From Octopus sinensis (Eukaryota): a DNA stretch of 64,000 nucleotides. Positions 40,720 through 52,852 of the stretch are shown here, in pieces. Below the pieces are notes generated by a model. That model did no database searches and was not told where the DNA came from. It saw only the letters and a program-made list of their open reading frames with translations. The stretch covers positions 155,124,001-155,188,000 of the forward strand of contig NC_042999.1 in the NCBI RefSeq assembly GCF_006345805.1, in the 5' to 3' direction. The stretch's first letter is position 1. Each line of letters begins with the position of its first letter. The translations under genes and the position numbers were made by a program.

Positions 40720-40860
40720 GTATATATATTTACACGACGGGCTTCTTTTCAGTTTCTGTATACCAACTCTACTCACAAAGCTTTGGTCGATGCTTGCCGT
40801 TGGTTCCACACAGTGAGACTGAGCCCAGTATCATGTGATTTGAAAGCTAACTTCGTACCA
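40720..40860 (-). mobile_element. SINE family B partial
   Basis: CGACGGGCTTCTTTTCAGTTTC...CACAAAGCTTTGGTCG. Confidence 0.7.
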
Positions 40861-40936
40861 CATATCACGCCCGCGACTATCTAAAAGTATCCAACAGTAT
40901 CCAAAAAATTATTCAACGATGAAAGAGTTATCTGCT

Positions 40937-41034
40937 ATTACTACAATTGTTTCTTTGGGAGTATTTATTGTGACATTAGTGTAAAGCAAGTTGTATGTGT
41001 AATATGTTACATAACTCCGACTCATCAGGTGAAA
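40937..41034 (-). ncRNA. Type-I hammerhead motif
   Basis: CAC-CTGATGA-..GGAGT...ACTCC..-GAAAC-AATT-GTA-GTAAT. Stem I is short. Confidence 0.65.
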
Positions 41035-41959
41035 TTCTTTCGGAACACTTTTATTGAATAATAAGGAAAAAAGGAAAACCTCCGTTGCAGCGCACCTAAT
41101 TAGTGCTCAATATGAGCATGGATTCACCTTACTTTAATTATTTACTAATTTTAATTATCAGTTATAATATAATATCAGTTATAATAGGTTTTGTAATACT
41201 GCTTTTTGGGGCGCTTCAAACCTATCATCTCCATGAACTTTTTATGTATTTTGTATTCCCATGATAAAGGAACTTGATTTACGATAATCTGCACCCACTT
41301 TGATTTGTGCTATATATATGTATATATATATTAATAATATATATATATATATAATATATTATATATATATATATAATATATATATATATATTATATATAT
41401 ATATATATCTGTTATATGGTTAACTCGGTTTAACCCGAAATTTGAATCCTCATTTTATTTATATTATTTTTACCAATATTTTTAATTTCATGTTCATTCG
41501 CATAAATGTTTTACTTCACAACATTTTCCACTTCACAAAGCCTTTCTATATTATTGCGAACTTTTTTAAAGATAGTATGATCTTTTTTAAGAATATAACA
41601 TTGCCGATATAACATCAAGTTCCCTAAGTAGGATATATTTTTCGCTTTCTCCATTTTTAAATATGTTAATCGATTTATTTGTACCTCTGATGAGAGAAAT
41701 GCGACTATTTATATTGGCTGGAAAACTCGCCGAATACAAACGCAATTCTCGAAACGATCGTAAGGTTTTGTAATACTGCTTTTTAGGGTGCTTCAAACCT
41801 ATCATCTCCATGAACTTTTTATGTATTTTGTATTCCCATGATAAAGGAACTTGACTTACGATAATCTGCATCCACTTTGATTTGTGTTATATATATATAT
41901 GTTATATATATATCTGTTATATATATGTGTTATATATATGTGTTATATATATATATATA

Positions 41960-42021
<62 letters not shown>

Positions 42022-42039
42022 GCATATATGCATGCATCA

Positions 42040-42990
42040 TGGGTTTCAGCCGAGTGACCTTGGCCATGCAAGGACACCGCCAATATTATCCTCTTTCCAA
42101 TAGCCTTTCAGGTTCATTTGAAATCTTGGACAACAGGAGGACAAATTCTTTCTTATCCCTACTTCATGTAGATCTCTCAGATATTTTGTCAAAATATTAA
42201 ATGTTTATGGGCCTTTGAAGCACAAACTCTTGAAGTATATGGTCTTCATTCAAGACGTGACGGGTGGAACCCTATGCACTTTTGAGGGCTGTTATTGCTC
42301 TCGATGCCAAACCCTATAGGATCTTCCATATTTACATCACCGTCTTCGCTCACGAGAGTAGAGTCATAACTCAGTCATTCGCAGTAGCTTAGCTGTTAGA
42401 TTGATGCAATCTCCCTGGTGTAGCATCGCTGAACTGCTTCAGGTTTCGCTATTAATTTGACACTGCTGGGTGGCCACTGTTGAAATCAGTAGCCCAGACG
42501 GCTGAAGACAAATATTCTTCATAGAACAAGCATAGTTCCCAGGTATCTTGTTCAGAAAGTTCTCAGAATCCATTTCACCATTCGCCTGTACATTTCCACC
42601 ATCTTGGTAATATGTACATGAAACGAAGCATGGTTGCTCAAATCAATCCACAGATCACGCATTGTACTTGACTTTGGGATTGCCACTGGCTGATAGCGAA
42701 GGGCTTGGAATTTTCCAGCATTAAATTGCATATTGTTTTCTTCAGCCCATTTATATATAGCATACAAGTCTTTCTGTAGAAGATTAGCATCGAAAGGTTC
42801 CTTGGCTGCTTTTGTCTTGCCGGCATAGCTAGGTAGTATGACTATCTGTACAACTGATAGTATGTCCGAAAGAGCTACTACTACTACTATAATCAGCAGC
42901 GGCTCCAACACAGTTCTCTGACGCACACAATCTACTATTACTGTCTCTTTGGAGAGGGGCTCATTGTCTGTCACAGCTTAGCCTCTGTCT
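42040..42990 (-). mobile_element. CR1-like LINE, decayed RT through to the 3' end
   Basis: RTVLEPLL; SYAGKTK (YADD-derived); LQKDLYAIYKWAEENNMQFNAGKFQ; WILRTF. Tail GGCGGTGTCCTTGCATGGCC...CTGAAAC. Confidence 0.85.
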
Positions 42991-43779
42991 TTTAAGAAGT
43001 CATGTAAACTGCTCTCTTTGTTTTCCGACATGTATGCATGTATGCATGTATGTATGTATGTATGTATGTATGTATGTATGTATGTATGTATGTATGTATG
43101 TATGTATGTATGTATGTATGTATGTATGTAGGTTGCACATGTGCTTCTCTGTGTCATTATTTCTTTATTCGACATTGCAGTGTGAGGTTAGTTTTATAAC
43201 TTACCTGATCTTGATAACGGTGAATGTATGTGCCACTAAAGGAAATTATCATGATTTGAAAGAGTGAGTCTTCGATTACAGTTTGCAGTTGCACGTCGTA
43301 AAATCATTAATTATTCACGATAACAGCGATTATAAATAAGATTAGAAAATGGAAGGCCTTATTTAGTTACATTCTTATAATGTAGGAGAACGGACAAATT
43401 TAACGTATCTCTCTGAGCGTGTAACCGTGGCTAACACAATGTAGGTGATGGTAGTGGCGTTGGTGGGTATCATAGAGATATGTGTAAGAATGGTAATGTG
43501 GAAGAGCTAGAGCTGTGAGATTGTAAGCAACGGCTCTAAGAATAGTATTACGAAAAAATACTATGGTGATAAATGTGGTATGGTGACGAGCTGTTAGAAT
43601 CGTTTGCGCGTCGAACAAAATGTTTCACGTAATTTCTTCCAGCTCTTAAACGATTAGCTACGCTAGGTAAGTGCTGTAATTGATTACTGGGGCTCCAAGG
43701 TTATAGCCGAGACGGTAGTTATGGAGCCATTGCAGATTTCCGATGCAGCGGTTATATAATTGTTAAATATTTTAATTCT

Positions 43780-44002
43780 TTATTGCCCACAAGGGGCTAA
43801 ACACAGAGGGGACAAACAAGAACAGACAAACGGATTAAGTCGATTATATCGACCCCAGTAACTGGTACTTATTTAATCGACCCCGAAAGGATGAAAGGCA
43901 AAGTCGACCTCGGCGGAATTTGAACTCAGAACGTAGTGGCAGACGAAATACCGCTAAGAATTTCGCCCGGTGTGCTAACGTTTTTGCCAGCTCGCCGCCT
44001 TT
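43780..44002 (-). mobile_element. SINE family A
   Basis: Head plus one unit. Confidence 0.9.
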
Positions 44003-44021
44003 AAATATTACGTTAAATATT

Positions 44022-44551
44022 ACGTCAAACATTAAGGCAAGGCAAACATCTCAAGTTATATGCAATATTATTATTGGGAAAAAATTCAAAATCTTACAGC
44101 TGTTTCTGGGATATAAGTAGGATTGCACCTAAAGAGTTACGCTCATAGATCTACGCAGGACTGCACTGTTCTAGGTATAGCCTTTCCCATTTGCATTGTG
44201 GTTGATAAAATTAGTACCTGTATTCTACTGCAGCAAGTCACTTGATTATACATCATCCTGTGGACTCATGCTCTGGCTTCTATAACTTCGCAAAGTTGAA
44301 CTATGAAATTTTATGCTTCTTTTTACTTTTCTCTTTCCATCTCCTTATTATTTTACTCTTTTCCTCTATATTGTCATCTTATTGATATATACCATTCTCA
44401 TTGTCCATATCTCCCCCCCCCCCAATTTGTCTCTGATGACAGTATATCCCATACTCGTGATATCCCAGAAACAGCTGTAAGATTTTGAATTTCTTCCTAT
44501 AATAATACTATATACGACTTGAGATGTTTGCCTTGCCTTAATGTTTGACGT
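44022..44551. mobile_element. Inverted pair of PLE pLTR segments (44022-44114 and 44460-44551)
   Basis: About 92-bp reverse-complement match. The right arm completes a hammerhead: TCT-CTGATGA...GAAAC-AGCT-GTA-AGA (44430-44482). Confidence 0.7.
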
Positions 44552-44564
44552 CCTGTTTTAACAT

Positions 44565-44598
<34 letters not shown>

Positions 44599-44604
44599 TA
44601 TATA

Positions 44605-44935
44605 TATATATGCCGCCCAAAGCCTGGTGAGTGGGTATGGTTGAGGGAAACTGAAAGAATCTCGTCCTATATATATGTGTGTGTGTGTACGCATGTGTGT
44701 ATGTGCGTGTGTGTGTGTGTGTGTGTGTGTATTTATGTCTGTGTTTGTCTCCCACCCCAACATCGCTTGACAACCGATGTTGGTATGTTTACGTCCCCGT
44801 AAGTTAGCAGTTGGACGTAAGAGATCGATAGAATAAGCACCAGGCTTACAAAGAATACATCAGAGGTCGATTTCTTCAACTAAATAGTGCTGCACTAGCA
44901 TGGCCGCACTCAAATGACTGAAACAGGTAAAAAGT
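44605..44935 (+). mobile_element. SINE family B (5'-truncated)
   Basis: Body, central repeat and tail. Confidence 0.8.
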
Positions 44936-45366
44936 ATATATATATATATCAGTAGTATAAGAACTCACATTGAATTCAGGTTAACGAACTTTATATATCC
45001 ACACTTCTACACTTTATTAACATATAAATGATACAATGGGTTTCAAATGACAAAGAAAAAAATACCAGGTAAAAATTATACATATAAAATATATAGAATG
45101 TCCATATAAAATATATATAAAAGTCAACTAAAAATTATCTAAAAAGAGTATTACATTAAGTAGATCGACAAAAAATTTAAAGAGAAAATTATATAAAATA
45201 AAATCATACCAAACTATGGAAATTATATGTAAAATGAAAAAGTTAGTGTAGTCGTAGTCCATGATATATATAATATATATATATACACATATATATATAT
45301 GTATGTATATATATGTGTGTGTGTGTATATATATATGTATGTATATATATATATAAATATAAATAA

Positions 45367-45424
<58 letters not shown>

Positions 45425-45468
45425 ATATCTATAATATATATATATATATATATTATAATATATATATA

Positions 45469-45670
45469 TTAGGTTGGTCATAATTATTGCAGTTCTTTTT
45501 CGATAAATTTTATTCAACATAAAATTTAAACAAAACCCCAAGCAGAAATTGAAGTAGACGGTGAATATGCTCCGGAATAATCATTTAAAGATGTTTTTGT
45601 CAAATACTGTTATTGCTTTTGTTGAATAAAATTTATTTTTTTAAGAATCCGCAATACTTATGCATCAATA
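45469..45670. mobile_element. mariner-type MITE
   Basis: About 50-bp imperfect TIRs (TTAGGTTGGTCATAATTATTGC...ATAAATTTTATTCAAC) in a TA context. Confidence 0.75.
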
Positions 45671-46140
45671 TATATTCGGGGTGGATTAAATAAGTGCCAG
45701 TTAGGCACTGTTGTCGATGTAATCGACTTAATCTCTTTGCCTGTCCTTGTTTGTCCTCTCTATGTTTAGCCCCCCACCCCTGTGGGCAGTAAAGATATAA
45801 ATATGATTGTATTCTTAGTTCGTATGGGACCTGATGGAGCTTGTAGAAATAGCATCCAAATTTTCCTCAAATCGCACCTGTCATATATAGAGACAAGATT
45901 CATTAGATGCAGTAATCATATATAGCTCTAAAAAGATGAGTTGGTCATGGTTGGAGCACTTTAGGTATAGAGTTAGCACTATGTTTCTTTCCTTTTTGTG
46001 GCGAGTGAATTGGAAATCTTCATAGACGCTTGATTTGCTAGAAATAGCTGTTAAAATCTACCTTAACTTACACTTCCCGTCACGAAAATGGGGAGACACA
46101 TTTGGTTATGTAGTTCTGTGGCTCATAGGTACATCATGGT

Positions 46141-46392
46141 TATAGACACATGTGTGGCTATAGGCACAGGTAAGGCTATAGGAGTAGGTGTGGCTATAGG
46201 CGCAGGTGTGACTCTAGGCGCAGGTGTGACTCTAGGCGTACGCGTGGTTATAGGCGCAGACGTAGTTATAGGCACAGGCGTGGTTATAGGCGCATACGTA
46301 GTTAAAGGCGCAAATGTGGTTATAGGCGCAGGCGCGGCTATAGGTGTAGACGTGGCTACAGGCCCAAGCGTGGCTATAGGCGCAAGCGAGGC
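46141..46392 (+). repeat. 18-bp minisatellite (14 units) derived from the SINE-B 5' end
   Basis: Consensus TATAGGCGCAGGYGTGGC. The last unit continues into the SINE-B head (TGTATGGTAAG..., to about 46460). Confidence 0.85.
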
Positions 46393-46889
46393 TGTATGGT
46401 AAGAGGTTTGCTTCTTAACAACACGGTTCCAGTTTCAGTTCCACTTTATAGCATCTTGGGTACATGATTAGAGAGGGATACACCAAGGAAGACAGACTAT
46501 TCACGGCAGAAGCGCTATTAATCATAGGTCTGGTCGAACATGCTGACTCAGAGCTAAACAGCAACAACACCACCACCACCAAGGCGTATAACAATGTAAC
46601 CATCATCATATAAAGTTTGTGGAAACAGCTTGCTTTTAAATTAAATGCCTATCAAATACAAGTACACCCACACATATGTCTGTACACATAATTTACATAT
46701 ACATGTCTATGCATACATAAATTGCTATGTAAATACTAATCAATGAGCGCGATAAAAGTATGATTTCTGAGCATGGGGGATGGTAAAGCCTTATCAAAAT
46801 GCTTCCACTTTTTTTGCGACTTTATTTAAAGCTAATCGTGGATGGCGAGAAGTTAACACTGACCTATAGATAGTTTCAATTAACATCAT

Positions 46890-47110
46890 TATTTGAAGGC
46901 GACGAGCTGACAGCATTGTTACAGCGCCAGGCCAGATACTTATCGGTATTTCGTCCGTTTTTATGTTTTGAGTTCAAACTCTGCCGAGGTCGGTTTTGCC
47001 ATTCATCCTTCAGGGGTCGGTAACATAGTTACCAGTTGAATCTGGGGTCGATATAGTCGACTAGCCCCCTCTCCCAAAACTGCTGGCTTTGTGCCAAAAT
47101 TTGAAACCAA
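46890..47110 (+). mobile_element. SINE family A (old)
   Basis: Decayed head, CORE-like segment and tail. Confidence 0.75.
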
Positions 47111-47114
47111 TAAA

Positions 47115-48078
47115 CAGTAATCACTCGCCATATCGCGGTTCACCTATCGCGGTTCACCTACCGCGGTTCACCTACCGCAGTTCACCTACCGCGCCCTCAA
47201 GTACATCGTGGATTTTTCTGGCTAATATATGTAAATTCATAGGGCGGCGAGTTGGCAGAAACGTTAGCACACCGGGCGAAATGCGTAGCCGTATTTCGTC
47301 TGCCGTTACGTTCTGAGTTCAAATTCCGCCGAGGTCGACTTTGCTTTTCATCATTTCGTGGTCGATAAACAAAGTACCAGTTACGCACTGGGGTCGATGT
47401 AATCGACTTAATCCCTTTGTCTGTCCTTGTTTGTCCCCTCTGTGTTTAGCCCCTTGTGGGTAATAAAGAAATAGGTATTTCGTCTGCCGCTACGTTCTGA
47501 GTTCAAATTCCGCCGAGGTCGACTTTGTCTTTCATACTTTCGATATCGATCAAATAAGTACAAATTACGCACTAGGGTTGATGTAATCGACTTAATCCAT
47601 TCGTCTGTCCTTGTTTGTCCCATCTATGTTTAGCTCCTTGTGGGGCAATATAAAAATAAAGATATATATAAATTTATTTCGCAGACTCCTCAGTATATCG
47701 TGGGTTTCTGCGACTGATAGGTATTTATACTTTTTTCAATTTTAATTATTTCTGTGTTAAAATAAGCATTTTCACACCTAAAAATTAACAGATTAATAAA
47801 TAAAAATACAGTACTGCACTGTATAACACATTAATTAAATTTATTAAAAGAAAATACGTAGTGTACCATACGTGAGTAAACAAGGAATCGCACATACTGT
47901 ATGGAAAACTCGAGAGGCGAGTGTGTGGTGTTGTTTTGCATTTATAATACAATAAATATATACAAATTATGAAAATAATAAAAAACATATACAGTACAGT
48001 ACTGTTTCTACTTCGCGGATTTTCACCTATCGCGGGATGTTTTGGAACGTAACACCCGCGATATTCGAGGAATTACTG
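47115..48078. mobile_element. pogo/Tigger-like non-autonomous DNA transposon interrupted by SINE-A
   Basis: TIRs CAGTAATCACTCG / CGAGGAATTACTG followed by TA. Internal 14-bp tandem ATCGCGGTTCACCT, about 4 copies (47128-47185). Confidence 0.7.
47241..47661 (+). mobile_element. Dimeric SINE family A (head plus 2 units) with TSD
   Basis: Flanks ATATATGTAAATTCAT (47225-47240) and ATATATATAAATTTAT (47662-47677), 14/16 identical. Confidence 0.85.
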
Positions 48079-48089
48079 TACATCGTATT

Positions 48090-48490
48090 TAAGGCGACAT
48101 GCTGGCAGAATCGTTACCGCGCAGGAAAAATACATAGAGGCATTTCTTCCGATTTTACGTTCTAAGTTCAAATACCACCGAGGTCAACTTTGCCTTTCAT
48201 CATTTCGGAGGTCGATAAAATAAGTACCAGTAGAACACTGGAGTCGATGCAATCGACTTACCCATTCCCATGAAATTGTTAGCCTTCTACCAAAATTTGA
48301 AACCAATGTCTATCGTATTTTTATGGCGGCCAGCTGATAGAATTGTTTATCATGCCGGGTAAAATTGTTAGCAGTTTTTCGTCCGTCTTTACGTTCTGAG
48401 TTCAAATGCCGCTGAGGTCGACTTTGCCTTTCATCCTTCCGGAATCGATAAAATAAGTACCAGTTGAGTAGTGGGGTCGATTGAACCGCT
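48090..48490 (+). mobile_element. Two SINE-A copies
   Basis: Heads near 48090 and 48320. Confidence 0.8.
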
Positions 48491-48555
48491 AAACTCTACA
48501 CAGTTTTTCTCTCTCCAATTTTTTTTCATCCACTCTCTGTTCTTTTCCTCTTATT

Positions 48556-48593
48556 CCTTTCTGTCGAAGTGCGTAGGCTCGAAACGTAAAAGA
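48556..48593 (+). ncRNA. Hammerhead-like motif, A6U family (in a pLTR fragment, about 48500-48690)
   Basis: CCTTT-CTGTCGA-A-GTGC-GTAG-GCTC-GAAAC-GTA-AAAG. Confidence 0.5.
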
Positions 48594-49144
48594 CCTTTCC
48601 ATTTTTCCCGCGCGTCAAACTAATATACTTGCTTGTTGTTCGTACACCTGTCCTCGTCTTTGGGTTGTTTTTTTTTTATAAATTCGATCGATATAATCGA
48701 CTTGCACGCTCACCCGAACTTGCTGGCCTTGTGCCACAGTTTGAAGCCAATCCATATATTTGAAAATGTTTGCCTTTTCTTTCTACAAATAAACATATTG
48801 TGCCAAATGCTCTAATGAAAAACATCTCAGATTAAAAGATTTTGAAGAAAGATATTCGTATAAGTTAGAATTAGGATTAGGGTGACAAATGAGTTTTCAT
48901 ATAGAAGTCATTTGTATTTGTCTTAATAAAACATTTGACTGCAGATCAATAAACTTTCAGAGAAAGATGTCATTGAACTTCATAAGATAGATTCTGAAAC
49001 ATTTTCTTCTGTTTCTACATTTTCATAAGAATCTAAAAACGCTCTTGAAACTGTATCGTTAGGCCGAAACTACGAGATGCTCACGGCTGGAAGTCCGATT
49101 AGGGCAGACTTTAGGGGAGTCAAATAACAATAAAATACCTTTTT

Positions 49145-49389
49145 TCTTTTACTCTTTTATTTATTGCAGTCATCTGACCGCGGCCATGCTAGAGCACCGC
49201 CTTTAGTCGGGCAAATCGACCCCAGGACTCATTCTTAGTAAGCCTAGTACTTTTTTCTGTCGGTCTCTTTAGCCGAACCGCTAAGTTACGGAGACGTAAA
49301 CACACCTGCATCGGTTGTCAAGCGATGGTGAGGGGACAAACACAGACACACAAGCATACACGCACACATACACACACACACACACACAC

Positions 49390-49420
<31 letters not shown>

Positions 49421-49592
49421 ACATATATATATATATATATATATATATACGACGGGCCTCTTTCAGTTTCTGTCTACCAAATCCACTCATAAGGCTTTAG
49501 TAGAGACACTTGCTCAAGGTGCCACACAGTGGGACTGAACTCGGAACCATGGAGTTGGTTAGTAAGCTTCTTACCACACAGCCTCTCCTGCT
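49145..49592 (-). mobile_element. SINE family B, near full length
   Basis: Same structure as the other copies. Confidence 0.85.
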
Positions 49593-49989
49593 CCTTTACT
49601 AAACAGAAATGATACACCAAAAGTTAGCCGCTAATGTATTTTCAAACATTGAATATTTAGTGGTTGGTTGCCTCGTATCAGACAAGAGACAACAGTTTCA
49701 TAAAATATGTAACCTCACATATTGCTGATTTGTTAATCTCTGACCCGCCGGGAAAACACGGTATGCTCAATTGATAACCATGTTACGCTTATCACGGATT
49801 CATTTGCGATCAGTCGAAAAGTCTGCTTGTGCCGCAAAAAACCCCCCAAAAAAAACTCACCCCAGCGTTTGCCCTCAATTTTCAGTTATCCATCGTACAC
49901 TGACGACTGTTTGGTGCTTGTTTCACCGCGCTGCGTACTTTTTTGTACGGATTTACGTATTGAACCCATCAACAAGGGACCAGTAAACG

Positions 49990-50150
49990 AGAAAAATTAT
50001 GAAAGCGCCTGAGCCTATCAAACAACGTGGATAAGCACATTCTCTAAAGGGAAAGGTAGAGATGATCAAGAGAATACGTGATGGTGGAATTTTGCTGCTG
50101 TGAACCGCGAATTTGGTACTAAGGAATTTACCATTAGTTCCGTTTACAAA
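49990..50150 (+). mobile_element. pogo/Tigger transposase N-terminal HTH remnant
   Basis: HSLKGKVEMIKRIRDG, then after a frameshift AVNREFGTKEFTI; CENP-B-type HTH pattern. Confidence 0.5.
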
Positions 50151-50511
50151 GTCCTCAGAGATGATTCATTTATCACTGTGTGTGTTTTGTATTTCTTTTG
50201 GGTTTCTCTTTTAGACCCAAGCCTTTGTAATAAACGGGGACAAATGTACTATATTTAGTCGTAGGTGTAATATGCAGCCCAGTTTAACACCAATATTTGA
50301 ACGATGGCTTTCACCTTGTCGCAAGCATTAGGAATTGATCACCAGTTCCCTTTCTAGTCATGCCACATCGAAGCCACCTATCAGAACACGCAGACGTCAT
50401 AAGCACTGTCCTCTTCTCCACAGCCCCTGGGAACTATTTCGAGCCATATATGCAAATACATACATACATATAATTAAATAGGGGTAGAAATTGATATTAA
50501 TCAATTAAAAC

Positions 50512-51240
50512 CAGTGGTTTAGCATTTTTTTTTTAAATCCGAAGATTAAAAATTGTTTTACATACAAAATTTAGAGGACTGACTACTAAAAGTGGACAAC
50601 CTATATGCTAAACATAGACGTCAAATCGCCATTACCACGAAGAATGTGTTCTCAAGAAAAATCTCAGCAAAAAAAAAAATGTAAAAATAAGCAAGACAAA
50701 TGAAAATATACCAAATAATGGTAATGGCGATTTGACGTCCATGTTTAGCACATAGGCTGTCCACTTTTAGTGGTCACTCCTCTAAATTTTGTATGTAAAA
50801 CAATTTTCAAATTTTTTTTAAAATATATGCGCTCTTCTTTGCACTCCGTCGGTTACGACGACGAGGGTTCCGGTTGAACCGAATCAACGGAACAGCCTGC
50901 TCGTGAAATTAACGTGTAAGTGGCTGAGCACTCCACAGACACGTGTACCCTTAACGTAGTTCTCGGGGATATTCAGCGTGACACAGAGAGTGACAAGGCC
51001 GGCCCTTTGAAATACAGGTACAACAGAAACAGGAAGTAAGAGTGAGAGAAAGTTGTGGTGAAAGAGTACAGCAGGGATCACCACCACCCCCTGCCGGAGC
51101 CTCGTGGAGCTTTAGGTGTTTTCGCTAAATAAACACTCACAACGCCCGGTCTGGGAATCGAAACCGCGATCCTATGACTGCGAGTCCGCTGCCCTAACCA
51201 CTGGGCCATTGCGCCTCCACAAATATATGCTAAGCCACTG
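50512..51240. mobile_element. Foldback MITE with about 125-bp TIRs; the right arm is interrupted by SINE-E
   Basis: Left arm 50512-50636 is the reverse complement of 50718-50830 plus 51221-51240. Termini CAGTGGTTTAGCAT / ATGCTAAGCCACTG. Confidence 0.8.
50831..51220 (-). mobile_element. SINE family E head with C-type tail, full length, 10-bp TSD
   Basis: Perfect TSD AAATATATGC at 50821-50830 and 51221-51230. Confidence 0.92.
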
Positions 51241-51982
51241 TTAATGGTGATTTGACGTCCCAGTACGGCTGCAATCCAATGACGGAAGCAAGTAACAAAT
51301 AGCTCTATGATTACTGATTATTCACACACATTCATTCTTTGACTGCTATTTCTAAATCGTGTCACGCTAAATCACAGTGATTGACTACGTTAGACATACA
51401 GCGATACAAACAAGTGTGCAATTTGCATCAAAAGCTAATTTAAGAGTTTCTCTCTGCATTATAGTTTGTTCTTACAGAATATTCACGTTTAAATGGGAAT
51501 AAATATGACCTCGTGTAAGACAATCTGATTAACGATGTTTCAGTCAACAGCTGCTACTCTGTTGGTCAAGCAACCTTGTTTGTTTCTAGTTAACAATGAA
51601 TCTTTTCACTTCGTCTTGTCTCTTTGAAATACAGGCTCTCCATTATGTATTACAAAAGACTTGCAACGCAACACTACTTTATCCTTGGAAAATTAGAAAA
51701 TCTCTGATACAATATATCTTCAGACATCTGCTTCTCATTAACTAGGGAAAGAACAATTGTCGAAACAGAAAAGTAAGAAATGTGTACCTCTGAGAAGGGT
51801 GAAGATGATTGATTGGTTCAGAAATATTGATTTCTAAATTAGCCACACGGTCAAAAATGTGTATGTCAGTCGGTACAATCAAGCTTAGATTCTGACGTTA
51901 AGCCTGTCCTAATGGTTTCGTAAGGAGAAAAACAATATCGGCAAAAGGTATCTTATCTGAAGCTGTTTGAACGCAGACAAAC

Positions 51983-52320
51983 TAGGTGCAAGCGTGACTA
52001 TAAGGTAAGAAGTTTGCTTCACAACCACATAGTTCCAGGTTCAGTCCCACTGCGTCTTTTACTATCGCCTTGGGCCGTCCAAAGCTTTGTGAGTGGATTT
52101 GGTAGATGGAAACTGAAAGAAGCTTGACACACACGTGTGTGTGTTTGTATCTGTGCTTGTCACCCACTACCACTTGAAAAACTGGTGTTGGTGTATTTAT
52201 GTCCCTGTGACTTAGCGGGATTTAAAAAGAATTAATACGGGATCGATTCACTCGACTAACAATTCTTAAAAGCAGTGCCCTAGCATGGCCGCAGACTGAA
52301 ACCAGTAAAAGATAAGAGAA
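51983..52320 (+). mobile_element. SINE family B with internal deletions
   Basis: Head, body and tail are recognisable. Confidence 0.8.
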
Positions 52321-52324
52321 TAAT

Positions 52325-52852
52325 ATTTTCTACTCTAGGCATAAGACCCGAAATTTTGGGTCTTATGAAAGAATGAAAAGCAAAGTCGACCTCGGCGGAA
52401 TTTGAACTCAGAACGTAACGGCAGACGAAATACCTATTTCTTTACTACTCACAAGGGGTTAAACACAGATAGGACAAACAAGGACAGACAAACGGATTAA
52501 GTCGATTATATCGACCCCGGTACGTAACTGGTCTTAATTTATCGACCCCGAAGGATGAAAGGCAAAGTCGACTCGGCGGAATTTGAACTCAGAACGTAGC
52601 GGTGGTAGACGAAATACCCATTTCTTATTACCACAAGGGGCTAAACATAGAAGGGACAAACAAGGACAGACATAGGTATTAAGTCGATTACATCGACCCC
52701 AGTGCGTAACTGGTACTCTTAATTTATCGACCCCGAAAGGATGAAAGGTAAAGTCGACCTCGGCGGAATTTGAACTCACAACGTAACGGCAGGCGAAATA
52801 CCGCTAAGCATTTCGCCCGACGTGCTAACGTTTCTGCCAGCACCGCCGCTTT
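52325..52852 (-). mobile_element. SINE family A multimer (head plus 3 B-box units)
   Basis: TTTGAACTCA units near 52400, 52580 and 52770. Confidence 0.85.

Noticed and set aside
46088-46402. Horizontally transferred LbH acyltransferase (LpxA/LpxD-like)
   Set aside because: The repeat unit matches the SINE-B 5' end and runs into it; no catalytic or flanking domain is present.
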